Shown here in pieces: positions 8,549 to 17,922 of a stretch of 64,000 bases of DNA. Both the position numbers and the translations under genes were made by a program. Below the pieces are notes generated by a model. The model searched no databases. It was not told the DNA's origin and saw nothing but the letters and a program-made list of their open reading frames with translations. Position 1 is the first letter of the stretch. Every line of letters starts with the position of its first letter. Source of the stretch: a virus (taxonomy: Duplodnaviria; Caudoviricetes); IMG/VR virus record IMGVR_UViG_3300023047_000002. One strand, given 5' to 3'.

Positions 8549-10727
8549 ATGTTCGATCGTGTTATTCTTTGTTCACAAGGCAACACAGGTGTGTTTGCAA
8601 ATAGTCAATCGTTACACGCGTTGTTACGTGCTAAGAAATTGATTTTGAATGAAGGTGATGTTCGTGTTTACTTTGTTCCAGGTGCACATCCACTCACTTC
8701 AAAACAGGTTACTGGACTCCGTAATTGGACAATTGATCAAAACAATCTCGACAATGTGGTTGTAGTCAACGAATCTGCTCAGTTTTCAGACGGAAAGAGC
8801 AGCCATATGGCATACGAGATAAAAGCTACTGTCTTTATGCTGTCAGAGCTTCATGTCGTGGCATGGGGTGATTTGAAAAGATTCTAATGCCAAGCCCATT
8901 GATGGTGCTTACTTTACTGGCTATTTAATCATTGTCACGGTATGTAATCGTGTGTTTCTTGCCGCGTATTCTGATGAAAAGTTAGAATGTTCACCTGACT
9001 TGAAGATGACTTTCGACGTTGAGGAAACAAATGGTGTTCTTCAAGCAACGGCAGACTTTGACGGAAAGATTACACAGGGCATTTTCGACAAACTGCATGA
9101 CAACTATTACACGAAAGAGGAAGTCGATACTCTTGTTGAGAATAGCATTTCTGGTTCTTCTTCTGGAAGTTATGTGACTCTGAACACAGATCAGACGATC
9201 AATTCACGAAAGACCTTTGAAGCATCGGGTCAAACCATATCGACAGAGATTTCATCCAACGGTGTTCTAATTAGCCGACCTGGCACTTACAGTGATGGCG
9301 ATTACGTCATGTCACAATGGACTTGTGATGGGATGTTTTTAGGGACTACGTCTGTTTCGATACGAAATGAATTGAATAGAAATGGTTCGTCATCAAATCT
9401 GTTATCCCTTGTTGTTTCCGATAAGAGTGATAGTAGCATTGATGCAGAATGCACACATGTGGACATAGAAAAAAGTGGTCTGTCTGTTTTTCATCGGAGA
9501 TCCAATGCATTTGATGATGTTCGTGTTCTTCAACTGGAAGAGTCTTACGGCAAATTTAGTAGAGATATGAATCTTTATCTGCCTAGGGATACTCAGATTC
9601 TAATCGGGGTGTCTTCCTTTGAGACCATTGGAGGTCTTTATTTTTACAGTGATTCCTCGGATGGTGAGACTGTCTATACGTTAATGTCAGGTGAAAAGAG
9701 TTACCAGCTTTCTTCTGAGCATCTCAGTGTTAGAGAATTTGACCCTGAGACACAGGAAGGTAGCACAGATTTGACTGCAGCAGTTCTTAGTGATGTGTTA
9801 ATGCAAGCATCTTCTCCGCGTGTGTTTATTTTCCTTGATAACATAGAGAGCATTGTATCTGGTAATGCTTTGACGCAAAGTGTTATGTCTCATATGGGTA
9901 TAGCGTTTGTGTTTATGTCGGAAACAGATTCTGTAACGGATTATACTAATGCCAGGATGTTTGTCATTCGTGATGTTTCCCTTCTGTCGTATTTCATTCC
10001 TGTGGGAGCTGTGTTTGACTTTTCCTATGGTTATGGCTATGTCAGGGTTATTCAACGTTATCCTTCTGATAAAATCGGAACAACTGACACAACAAGCGGT
10101 GATACAATCACGAAAGTTCATGATTATTCTGTTCAAATTGAAAATGCAGACAATTATATGTCGCTTTATTCGTATGTGCAGTCTTATGCACCCTCTGGCG
10201 GTTCTGGTTCAACGTCTTCATCGGTTGATTTTACATCGGTTTCGTCCGATATCATCAGCACTAATGACTTCTATAACTTAGGTTCACCTGAATTCAAATG
10301 GGGAACCGCATATGTCACTTCATTAAACGTAGATGGTCTCCCTCTTAGCAACTATAATCAGGGTCTTGACTGTTCATGTCATTTAACACCGTATAGTACG
10401 GATATATACAATCTTGGGTCTGCACTTTATAAGTGGGATAACGTTTATGCAAATACGTTGTACGGCATCAACGCCAATCTTTACAGTGATGGCATTGGAG
10501 GCATTTACTTTTTCTGTTTTGAATTTTCAAGGACAAATGGAACCTTACCTCGTGGAACTCGTGTAAGTGAGTTCTCCTCGCTTGGATTTGTTGTTGATAG
10601 CGTATTTGAGATGATTGATAATAAGGGTGGTTACGTCCAAACCACTTTGAACGGCGATTACATCACATTGATGTCTTGTGTTGCAAGTTCTTCACGTAAT
10701 TTCATACCTTGTCTTCGTATAAGTTAG
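8549..10727 (+). CDS. tail fibre-like protein, apparently interrupted by a one-base frameshift at 8876-8879
   Basis: ORF 8549-8887 and the frame of ORF 8952-10727 (open from 8877) join by dropping one A; fibre motifs YYTKEEVD, YVTLNTDQTINSRKTF and YNLGS...W (twice); followed by a fibre chaperone. Confidence 0.65.
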
Positions 10728-10751
10728 GTTCACACAGATTGGAGTTGTTTT

Positions 10752-11201
10752 ATGGTTGTTTCTAAGAATCGTTCGGAACCGGTTCAACCCCTCGAAATAG
10801 TTATTCATTCTGTAAAGTATTTCGGCGTGAATCCCAATCAGGTGCTTGCACGTGTTACTGTTCAAGGTATGAATGGTAATCAGCCTTTTGGTTATTTTGT
10901 TGCGTTGGACAAAGAATGTGGTACTGATATTGCTCGATTTGTTATTGACTCTATAAACACTAAACAGATAACGGTTTTACCTACGGATTCAGACATATCT
11001 GCATATCTTGCAAAACAGGCTAGAGAACAAAGAGACCATCTTTTGCAAGAGAGTGATTACTTGGTCAATTCCGATTACCCCATATCTCAAGAAGACCGCT
11101 CCCTTGTCATTGCGTATCGTCAGGCATTGCGTGACATTCCAGAGCAGCCTGGTTTCCCTGAAACAATCGTATGGCCAATGAAACCGACATTTCTTTTGTA
11201 A
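10752..11201 (+). CDS. tail fibre assembly chaperone
   Basis: C-terminal REQRDHLLQESDY..DYP..YRQALRDIPEQPGFPETIVWP. Confidence 0.85.
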   Translation: MVVSKNRSEPVQPLEIVIHSVKYFGVNPNQVLARVTVQGMNGNQPFGYFVALDKECGTDIARFVIDSINTKQITVLPTDSDISAYLAKQAREQRDHLLQESDYLVNSDYPISQEDRSLVIAYRQALRDIPEQPGFPETIVWPMKPTFLL

Positions 11202-11230
11202 GACGGTGATCGGTAAAATCCGCAGGATAA

Positions 11231-11270
11231 TGGTGCTGTTTTTTATCCGGTGGGAATAGTTTGTTAAGAT
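11231..11270 (+). promoter_or_regulatory. TGGTGCT-N27-TAAGAT promoter
   Basis: Fixed-spacing motif with a TGn extension. Confidence 0.65.
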
Positions 11271-11322
11271 GCTTCTTGTTCCATCTTGGAACAACTTCCC
11301 CCTTTCTTTTGGAGAAACGAAC

Positions 11323-11568
11323 ATGCACGAAGACACGAGTAAGAAACAGAGTACAAACCAGACTAGCGATGGTAGAATGATATACATCGAATGTCACTAT
11401 AACGAGCGTTGTAAAATCACATCAGCACAATCTCTTGAAGAGATGTATGACATCCGTAACGAATGCTTGCGCATCTGGAATGAAGAGGGTCGCGTTCGTT
11501 GGCATTTTCTTGCAAAATACGCTGACACAGGCGAACACATCAAAATCGCAAACGAGTTCAGTCGCTGA
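11323..11568 (+). CDS. hypothetical protein
   Basis: GGAG RBS before ATG 11323; lies downstream of a promoter motif. Confidence 0.55.
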   Translation: MHEDTSKKQSTNQTSDGRMIYIECHYNERCKITSAQSLEEMYDIRNECLRIWNEEGRVRWHFLAKYADTGEHIKIANEFSR

Positions 11569-11586
11569 TTAAGAAATAGAACAACT

Positions 11587-11628
11587 TTGTGAACTACCTA
11601 TTCGATTTAGCTGATGGGTAGTTCACAA
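11587..11628. repeat. inverted repeat with GGTAGTTCAC ends
   Basis: TTGTGAACTACC...GGTAGTTCACAA, 12 bp arms. Confidence 0.6.
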
Positions 11629-11649
11629 GAACTTTAGTGAGTCACTGCA

Positions 11650-12045
11650 ATGATTCAATGTCTATCAGAACTAGAATCTGAATATATTAGTTACCGTTCC
11701 AGACGTTTTCCTGATGAATACACATGGCTTACAGGCAACTGTTTTCAGTACGCTTGTATCCTTCGTGAGTGGTTGCTGCTTCATTGTGTTGCATCACGTA
11801 TAGTTTATGATGTGATTGACGGACATTTCCTCGTTATTTCTGAACTGCCTATGAACCGTAATGATACGGTTTTGTTTTCGTTTGTCTTGGACTATACCGG
11901 CGTTGTAGTTATCCATCCTGGGTTCATAAATGTTTTAGGTGAGATTTTTTATCATGATGGCAAACATTTCCTTGTGGATTGGGATTATTATGCCGAGATT
12001 GAGCCTCTTAATTGGAGTAGGATTTGTTCTTATTGCTGTTGCTGA
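11650..12045 (+). CDS. hypothetical phage protein
   Basis: GNCFQYA..L ... IVYD..DGHF ... LDYTG pattern (possible Cys-His-Asp fold). Confidence 0.6.
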   Translation: MIQCLSELESEYISYRSRRFPDEYTWLTGNCFQYACILREWLLLHCVASRIVYDVIDGHFLVISELPMNRNDTVLFSFVLDYTGVVVIHPGFINVLGEIFYHDGKHFLVDWDYYAEIEPLNWSRICSYCCC

Positions 12046-12099
12046 ATTATTTTGTTTTCGTCTTTGTTGCGTGATTCAGATTATTGTGTTATCTAAACA

Positions 12100-12713
12100 G
12101 TAAGATTGCGGCACATTAGACCTGTCGCAGTTCTTTGAAAGGTGAAGAATGGTTTGGTACATGGCTTTCCAACGTACAGGATCTTATACAAGCTGAGTTT
12201 GTGGGTTGTTTCCGAGCAAGAAAAAGCAAAGATTGGCTTCGCGGCTGTCTTAACTTGACTTACGTTTCCTATACACTTCTTCAGAAAGGTTATCACTCTT
12301 GTGGTAGGTTTTCTGAAGAAGTGTGGCGGGTGAGATGACTAACACGGATTGATCGTGGCGTGCACCTTCGTTTTGACGCTTGACTGTGACGAGGTTTTAC
12401 GGGTCTTCGGGCTTGCTTGCACAGTTCACCACCGGTATCGTGACGGTGGTGAGATGATGGCTAGGTGTGGGATGATCGTTGCACACAATTCCCGTAAAGG
12501 GCTGTACGTTGGAAAGCCATGTAACTTGCTTGGATGGTCACACTTTGTGGCTTACGGCAGAATCGCCAGGGCGCACGTTTTCGTGTGGGAATACTCCTGC
12601 CCTTAAAGTCTTTGGTTTATGATGTTGCTTGCATCATTGATTGTAAGGGCTTTGTGCCCTCCGTGTCGAATTGCATGAAAGAGCGTTCTGTTATCAGCAG
12701 AACGCTCTTTTTT
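12100..12713 (+). ncRNA. candidate large structured non-coding RNA, family unknown
   Basis: Perfect 22 bp long-range helix 12158-12179/12502-12523, 15 bp and 9 bp internal helices, many G.U-compatible stems on the + strand, a C(UUCG)G loop, a 3' terminator and no credible ORF. Confidence 0.7.
12678..12713 (+). terminator. intrinsic terminator
   Basis: AAAGAGCGTTCTG-ttatcag-CAGAACGCTC followed by T6. Confidence 0.85.
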
Positions 12714-12728
12714 GTGTCTCGTTTACCG

Positions 12729-12768
12729 TGGTGCTGTACTCTTTTCTATATCGACTTTGTGGTAGAGT
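12729..12768 (+). promoter_or_regulatory. TGGTGCT-N27-TAGAGT promoter (sbcC-N)
   Basis: Fixed-spacing motif with TGTGG before the -10. Confidence 0.7.
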
Positions 12769-12807
12769 TTATCTGTATCTGGTTCGTGTGAACCTTATGT
12801 CGCGTTT

Positions 12808-14118
12808 TTGGAGAGTACAGTGTTTAAAGTTGAATTGACAAATGTAGGTATTATTCGAGAGGCGAGCTTGTCTTTCGTACCTGGTGTAAACTTAATTCTC
12901 GGTGCAAGCTCTTCCGGTAAGTCTACGCTGTTGCGTGCTTTAAGAGGTCTTGCAGACAACAGCTTTACGGATGCTATGGTTACGCATGGTTCTGGTATGA
13001 TGCAGATTGATGTGGATACGGGTGACTCTCACGTTACCTATACCCGTGATACCAAAGCCCGTGATAGAAAAGCATGTTATGTTGTGAATGGTGAGGAGTA
13101 CACGAAACTCGGTAGGCAGCAGCTTGATGTTGTTGCTGACACCTTGCGTGTGTCTTCAGTTAAAATTGACTCAGAGTCAGTGAACTTTAACTTTTCCAGT
13201 CAGTTTGCAGGACCGTTCCTTCTCCTCGGTTCTCCTTCTACGTTGTATTCGGTTTTGACTTATCATGAGAGTTTCGATGTCTCAAGGCTTGATGACCTGT
13301 ATAAAGCTGACGTTAAAGATACTTCAGACAAGATAAAGTTGAGTACTGAATTGGTTTCACAGTTTGAGATTGAGCTAGAAAAGTCTGATGCACGTGTAAA
13401 AGAGTTGTCTGCAATCCCTGATTTATATGCACGTGTGATGCAGGTCAAAATGAAACGTGAACGAGTTGAAAGTCTTCGTTCTATTTTAACTCGGATTTCT
13501 ACGTTGCAGGCTGAACGTGTTCGATGTGTAGCCATGCTTCATAAGCATTCAGACATGCATAGTTCTATCGTCACGTGTATGCTTAAGATGCGTAAGCGTC
13601 ATCTGTTGTCTTCTCTTGTGATTCGCTATGAAGAACAACGTAAAGCACGTGAGATTCTTAGTCTGTGTAATGAAGTGTCTTCATTTCCCATTACCCGTGT
13701 TGAATCCGCACTGTCACATTACTTGACCGTTGTGAAATGGGTTGAAATGAATGATGCTTACAATAAGCAACTGTCTCGTTATCGCATGTCAGACAGTGTT
13801 GCTTCTGTGTCGGTAAACAAGTTCTTGGAAATCTTGTCAAGATTTGAGAAAATTTCACGCCTTGTAAATCTTTATCGTGATATCCGAAATTCAGCTGTCC
13901 GCCTTGGAAATTCTCCTGACTTAAAGTCACGGTACGAAATTATTGAGAAATGTATCTCCGCCATCTCTCTGTTTCGTGAAGTTGATGTTTCGTCACGGAA
14001 GATGCTTGGGTTCGATGTGGATTGCGATTTCGTTGATAGTCAACTGGCTGAGTTTAAGGTTTGCCCTTTATGCGGCAACCCTTTGTGTACTCACGATGAA
14101 GCGTCTGTGGTGCTGTAA
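12808..14118 (+). CDS. SbcC/Rad50-like ATPase, N-terminal half ending at the zinc hook
   Basis: GVNLILGASSSGKSTLLRAL (Walker A), Q-loop FSSQF, helical region, C-terminal CPLCG; no Walker B. Confidence 0.8.
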   Translation: MESTVFKVELTNVGIIREASLSFVPGVNLILGASSSGKSTLLRALRGLADNSFTDAMVTHGSGMMQIDVDTGDSHVTYTRDTKARDRKACYVVNGEEYTKLGRQQLDVVADTLRVSSVKIDSESVNFNFSSQFAGPFLLLGSPSTLYSVLTYHESFDVSRLDDLYKADVKDTSDKIKLSTELVSQFEIELEKSDARVKELSAIPDLYARVMQVKMKRERVESLRSILTRISTLQAERVRCVAMLHKHSDMHSSIVTCMLKMRKRHLLSSLVIRYEEQRKAREILSLCNEVSSFPITRVESALSHYLTVVKWVEMNDAYNKQLSRYRMSDSVASVSVNKFLEILSRFEKISRLVNLYRDIRNSAVRLGNSPDLKSRYEIIEKCISAISLFREVDVSSRKMLGFDVDCDFVDSQLAEFKVCPLCGNPLCTHDEASVVL

Positions 14119-14147
14119 GTTCATCTATGACGTCTTTATGATACATA
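14108..14147 (+). promoter_or_regulatory. TGGTGCT-N27-TACATA promoter
   Basis: Motif overlaps the last codons of sbcC-N; TGn extension. Confidence 0.55.
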
Positions 14148-14195
14148 AGCATTGTTTTCCTTCTGTTTTTGTTTCAACTTTATAGGAGATTTAAC

Positions 14196-14471
14196 ATGGA
14201 TATTAAAACACAGGACATGGTTACGAAATTTGAGGAACTTAAAAAGCGACGTGACAATATTATGCTTGAACGTGCAAAAGAAGAAGCACGTCTTGAGACG
14301 TTGACAAAAGAACTTGATGCCTTGAAAGAGTCATTGAGTGAATATGGTGTTGTAGATGAACTGTCTGCACGTGAGTTGCTTGAACGTACCTCAAGTGAAT
14401 TAGCGGTTGAACTGCATAACCTTGAACAGGCGTTACAGTCTTACGACAATGTACAAATTGCAGAGGCTTGA
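14196..14471 (+). CDS. small coiled-coil protein (candidate SbcC middle piece)
   Basis: AGGAG RBS; heptad-rich; lies between the SbcC halves. Confidence 0.7.
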   Translation: MDIKTQDMVTKFEELKKRRDNIMLERAKEEARLETLTKELDALKESLSEYGVVDELSARELLERTSSELAVELHNLEQALQSYDNVQIAEA

Positions 14472-15115
14472 AATACATGACTTTTGACGAAATTGAACAG
14501 CGGACAAGTGAGCTTTTTGTTGCATACAAGGCAGCTGTAGCTCAGGCTAAACAGAATGAAGAGATCCTGGAAGGTCATAGAGCACAACTAGAGTACTTGA
14601 AGGAACGCGGTCGTGTGTTTGATTCAGCTAAGCCTGTTATTGATGACATCGTTCACAAATTCTCAAGACGTGCCCTTGATCATCTTGAAAAGCTGCTGAC
14701 TTTCGGTTTGCGGAAAATTTTCACAGACCATGAGTATTCTCTTACCATTGTAACAACGGACAAGCGTGGCAACAAATGTGCTGAGTTGATTCTTGAGGAA
14801 GGTGGGTATCAGTATCCTTTGAAAGACTCTTCTGTTGCTGGTGGCATTCTTGTTACAGTCGGATTCCTAATCCAGTGCTTTTATGTGTCTAATCTACCAG
14901 TACGTAAAATCGTTTTTCTTGATGAGGCTTTCACGCAAATTTCCACTGCGTATCTTGAGAATTTCATGGCTTTTGTCTCGGAGCTGACAAAGCAAATTGG
15001 GCTCATAGTGGTCTTAATCACACATGACAAACGTTTCATTCCATACGGAAATCGTGTGTACAATGTCGTCAATGGAGTGTACACCCTTGAGCAGAATAAA
15101 GTCTCGGAGGCATGA
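14468..15115 (+). CDS. SbcC/Rad50-like ATPase, C-terminal half
   Basis: Coiled coil, then signature-like VAGG, Walker B VFLDEAF and H-loop LITHD; no Walker A. Confidence 0.8.
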   Translation: MKYMTFDEIEQRTSELFVAYKAAVAQAKQNEEILEGHRAQLEYLKERGRVFDSAKPVIDDIVHKFSRRALDHLEKLLTFGLRKIFTDHEYSLTIVTTDKRGNKCAELILEEGGYQYPLKDSSVAGGILVTVGFLIQCFYVSNLPVRKIVFLDEAFTQISTAYLENFMAFVSELTKQIGLIVVLITHDKRFIPYGNRVYNVVNGVYTLEQNKVSEA

Positions 15116-16056
15116 TGTCGGTATCACATGAAGAAAGTTTGGAACACATTGGCAAGGTGATGTTTGTCGGAGATGTTCATCTTAAGGCACAGAATCCTGC
15201 TTGCCGAAAGGATAACTACGCTGATGCTGTATTGCGTAAGCTGACATGGATAAAGACTTACTGTAATGACAAACACATAAATGTTGTTGTTTTCCTTGGT
15301 GATTTCTTTGACACTCCAACAGTCGCCTGGTCGTTGTTTACACAGGTTATGCAGATTCTTCAGACCTTCAAAGATTCAGGCATACGTTGTTATGCTATCG
15401 TTGGAAATCACGATATCCGTTATGACAGACTTGAAACTTTGAACGAGACTTCGCTTGGTGTTCTCTTTCTTTCCGGTCTTCTTATCCGATTGTCTGAGAA
15501 TCCAATCTTGTTACGTAGTGACGGTTCAAAGATTGTTGGGTTTGACTTCACCCAGAAAATTACTCCACCTTGCGAAGAGTGCGGAGAAGGTGCACAGGTC
15601 ATTTGTGTAGCCCATGAATATTTCCAGTGTGGTTTCTCAGACACGTCTTTGCAGTGTGAAGATTTGGACACCGCAGGTTATTCTTCGTATGTGTTTGGAC
15701 ATGACCATGCACCATACATGCCTCTTAAACAAGTGTCTTGGACGTTGTACCGTCCCGGAAGTCTTTCACGAAATTCGTCTGATGCACATAATCTGATGCG
15801 TATCCCTCGTGTCTTAGTGTATGATGTTTCAACGGATGTATTTACATTCGCTGAGGTGTCTGTCGCCAAGAAGCCTGAAGAGGTCATTATGCGTAATCAG
15901 GAAGAGGTATCATTGAGTATGTTCGATTTGGTTGAGACTTTGTGCAGTTCGTATGACGGAGGACAGACTTCTGTACGTGCATACGTTTCTGAAATGGGAC
16001 TGCCAAACGAAATTCATAACATCGTAACCCAGTATCTGGACAAACTTGGAGTGTAA
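15112..16056 (+). CDS. SbcD/Mre11-like metallophosphoesterase nuclease
   Basis: GDVH, LGDFFD, VGNHD, AH, FGHDH, PGSLSR. Confidence 0.88.
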   Translation: MMSVSHEESLEHIGKVMFVGDVHLKAQNPACRKDNYADAVLRKLTWIKTYCNDKHINVVVFLGDFFDTPTVAWSLFTQVMQILQTFKDSGIRCYAIVGNHDIRYDRLETLNETSLGVLFLSGLLIRLSENPILLRSDGSKIVGFDFTQKITPPCEECGEGAQVICVAHEYFQCGFSDTSLQCEDLDTAGYSSYVFGHDHAPYMPLKQVSWTLYRPGSLSRNSSDAHNLMRIPRVLVYDVSTDVFTFAEVSVAKKPEEVIMRNQEEVSLSMFDLVETLCSSYDGGQTSVRAYVSEMGLPNEIHNIVTQYLDKLGV

Positions 16057-16060
16057 ACTT

Positions 16061-17296
16061 ATGGCAGAGTTAGAAAATGTGTGCAGTGAAGACCAGTTAT
16101 TTGTGAACGAAGACTTGTCTGACGAAGAAGTCAACATATCTGAGCCGCACGTGACTATACGACGGAAAGCACTTAAAACGTTCTTGGATATAGTTCAGAG
16201 GTTGCCTGACCGTGTGAATGATTCCCATTGTGTTTTCTTTATGCTTGACGTTGACGCGTTTGAAACTGACAACGGTACTATGGAGAATCGTCTTACAGTA
16301 AGTGCGACGGATAATCCGTCTGCAACGATGATTAAGATGTCGATTCCTGTGCTGAATAAAACCGCTGTCTACGAAGGCAAGCCTGTTATTCTGAAACAGT
16401 CTATGCTTCAAAAACTTGACAACCTGTTACTTGGCGATAACCTCACTCTGAAATTTATTGAGGATGGTGATCATGTTCATGTAAGAGCTCTTGTGCTTGG
16501 TGGATGGCTTGATGTACCGACTGGTAATTTCTCAGAGAGCGTGTTCGATATTCCGTTGAACTCTCCTACTTGGGAGAAAGAATTGTCTGTGTCAGAAATG
16601 CAAGAAGTTCTTTCAAGTCTTTTGGTTGTCGCAAAAGCACAGAAGAATACACCTAATCCAAATCTTGTTTTTAAAGATGGATATGCTTTTGTTGATGACC
16701 CTGGCGGTTATGTCCGATATGATTGTGATTTGTTTGTTCACAGACTTCCTTTGTGGTCGGCTGAAATTCTTGCATCGTTTTTGTCTAAAACTCAGTCAAA
16801 GTCTCTTAGGGCTTTTATTCAGACAGAATCTAAGAACCACTATCCTTATGTTCGATTTGTAGGTGACCAGTTCGAGTTCGCTTTGGCGAGATTCGGAACT
16901 GTGTCCGTCGTACATGACAAAGTTCAAGTATCTTCTGGTCTTAGAACATCTTTGGATTCTCTCAGACGTATTGCGAGTATCCCTGCAGTTATGCAGGATG
17001 ACATGCGTGATTTCTTTAACGGTAACATTATTGTCAGCTTTGTTCAAGAGGGTGATGACGAAGAATTGTCGGTTACGTTATGTGGTAAGAATAATGGTAC
17101 AAAGCATGTAATTTATCACGATGTTTTTGGAGAGGTTCGTAATTACTTTACCGTGTGTGTGAATGCCGCTCAGTTGAGTATGTTACTTAAATCCTGCCCA
17201 TCATCATGTTGTGATGTTGTCGTGACAGCTGATGTTTCTGAATTACACATTTCATCAGGCGCTTGGTCTTGTCATTTGGACTTGATTAAGGAATAA
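16061..17296 (+). CDS. divergent DnaN-like sliding clamp
   Basis: VTIRRKALK...LTVSATD...IKMSIPV near the N-terminus and VNAAQLSMLLK near the C-terminus resemble the beta clamp; ~410 aa; dnaX-like gene nearby. Confidence 0.55.
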   Translation: MAELENVCSEDQLFVNEDLSDEEVNISEPHVTIRRKALKTFLDIVQRLPDRVNDSHCVFFMLDVDAFETDNGTMENRLTVSATDNPSATMIKMSIPVLNKTAVYEGKPVILKQSMLQKLDNLLLGDNLTLKFIEDGDHVHVRALVLGGWLDVPTGNFSESVFDIPLNSPTWEKELSVSEMQEVLSSLLVVAKAQKNTPNPNLVFKDGYAFVDDPGGYVRYDCDLFVHRLPLWSAEILASFLSKTQSKSLRAFIQTESKNHYPYVRFVGDQFEFALARFGTVSVVHDKVQVSSGLRTSLDSLRRIASIPAVMQDDMRDFFNGNIIVSFVQEGDDEELSVTLCGKNNGTKHVIYHDVFGEVRNYFTVCVNAAQLSMLLKSCPSSCCDVVVTADVSELHISSGAWSCHLDLIKE

Positions 17297-17303
17297 GGTT
17301 TCT

Positions 17304-17337
17304 ACCCAACACTGTTTGTTAGACAGTGTTGGGTTTT
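17304..17337 (+). terminator. intrinsic terminator
   Basis: ACCCAACACTGT...ACAGTGTTGGGT followed by TTT. Confidence 0.7.
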
Positions 17338-17352
17338 GCTTTTGGTAGAGTG

Positions 17353-17922
17353 ATGGCTAAGAAATTATTTTACGGGAAACGTGAAGTGCAAAAACGTAAG
17401 AAACTAAAGGTTGTGAAACCAAACTACCATGAATGTTCCGGATACATTACAGATGGTGTTGTCGCTACAGGTGAGTTTTTCAGCATTCCTTACGAAATAA
17501 CAGAGAGCCCTATCAAGAACGGGTTCACGTATAAGCTGTCTTCGCCAATCGTGACAATCTCACGTGCAGTTGACAGGTTATCGGATGAAAAGCGTTCGAT
17601 CATTATACGCTACATTTGCAAGGTTCGTGAATGTTATGAAGAGTACCATGCGACGTTCGATAGCGAGAAGTTCAATTCATCCCAAGGTCGTAAAGTTGCG
17701 TTAGATAACGCTTTACAATGGCTTAAATCAGAAATCGGTGACAAAAAAGCCCCCGCACTTTTGCACAGTTTCCAGGTGCAGTGCGATGCGTATGCACACG
17801 AAGTTTCAAAGAACAATGCTGCTTATGACCGTATGATGACAGAGCAATTTGGGTTACACCAGACGCTTCTTGATTCAGACGAACTTGACCCAAATGACCC
17901 TATGTGGTCTCTTGATATTTAA
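17353..17922 (+). CDS. hypothetical protein
   Basis: ORF from ATG 17353; basic N-terminus. Confidence 0.6.
   Translation: MAKKLFYGKREVQKRKKLKVVKPNYHECSGYITDGVVATGEFFSIPYEITESPIKNGFTYKLSSPIVTISRAVDRLSDEKRSIIIRYICKVRECYEEYHATFDSEKFNSSQGRKVALDNALQWLKSEIGDKKAPALLHSFQVQCDAYAHEVSKNNAAYDRMMTEQFGLHQTLLDSDELDPNDPMWSLDI

Noticed and set aside
8903-8946. TGGTGCT as a promoter for ORF 8952
   Set aside because: No TA hexamer at 27-28 nt spacing; it lies in the probable coding frame of the frameshifted fibre
12158-12560. RNase P RNA (GGAAAGCCATG / CATGGCTT resemble P4 strands), tmRNA, or retron msr-msd
   Set aside because: The P4-like strands are in reversed order and lack the conserved bulged U; there are no tRNA-like ends; no reverse transcriptase is present in the window
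12093-12791. Short ORFs across the structured region
   Set aside because: No RBS, mutually overlapping, atypical composition; better explained as non-coding
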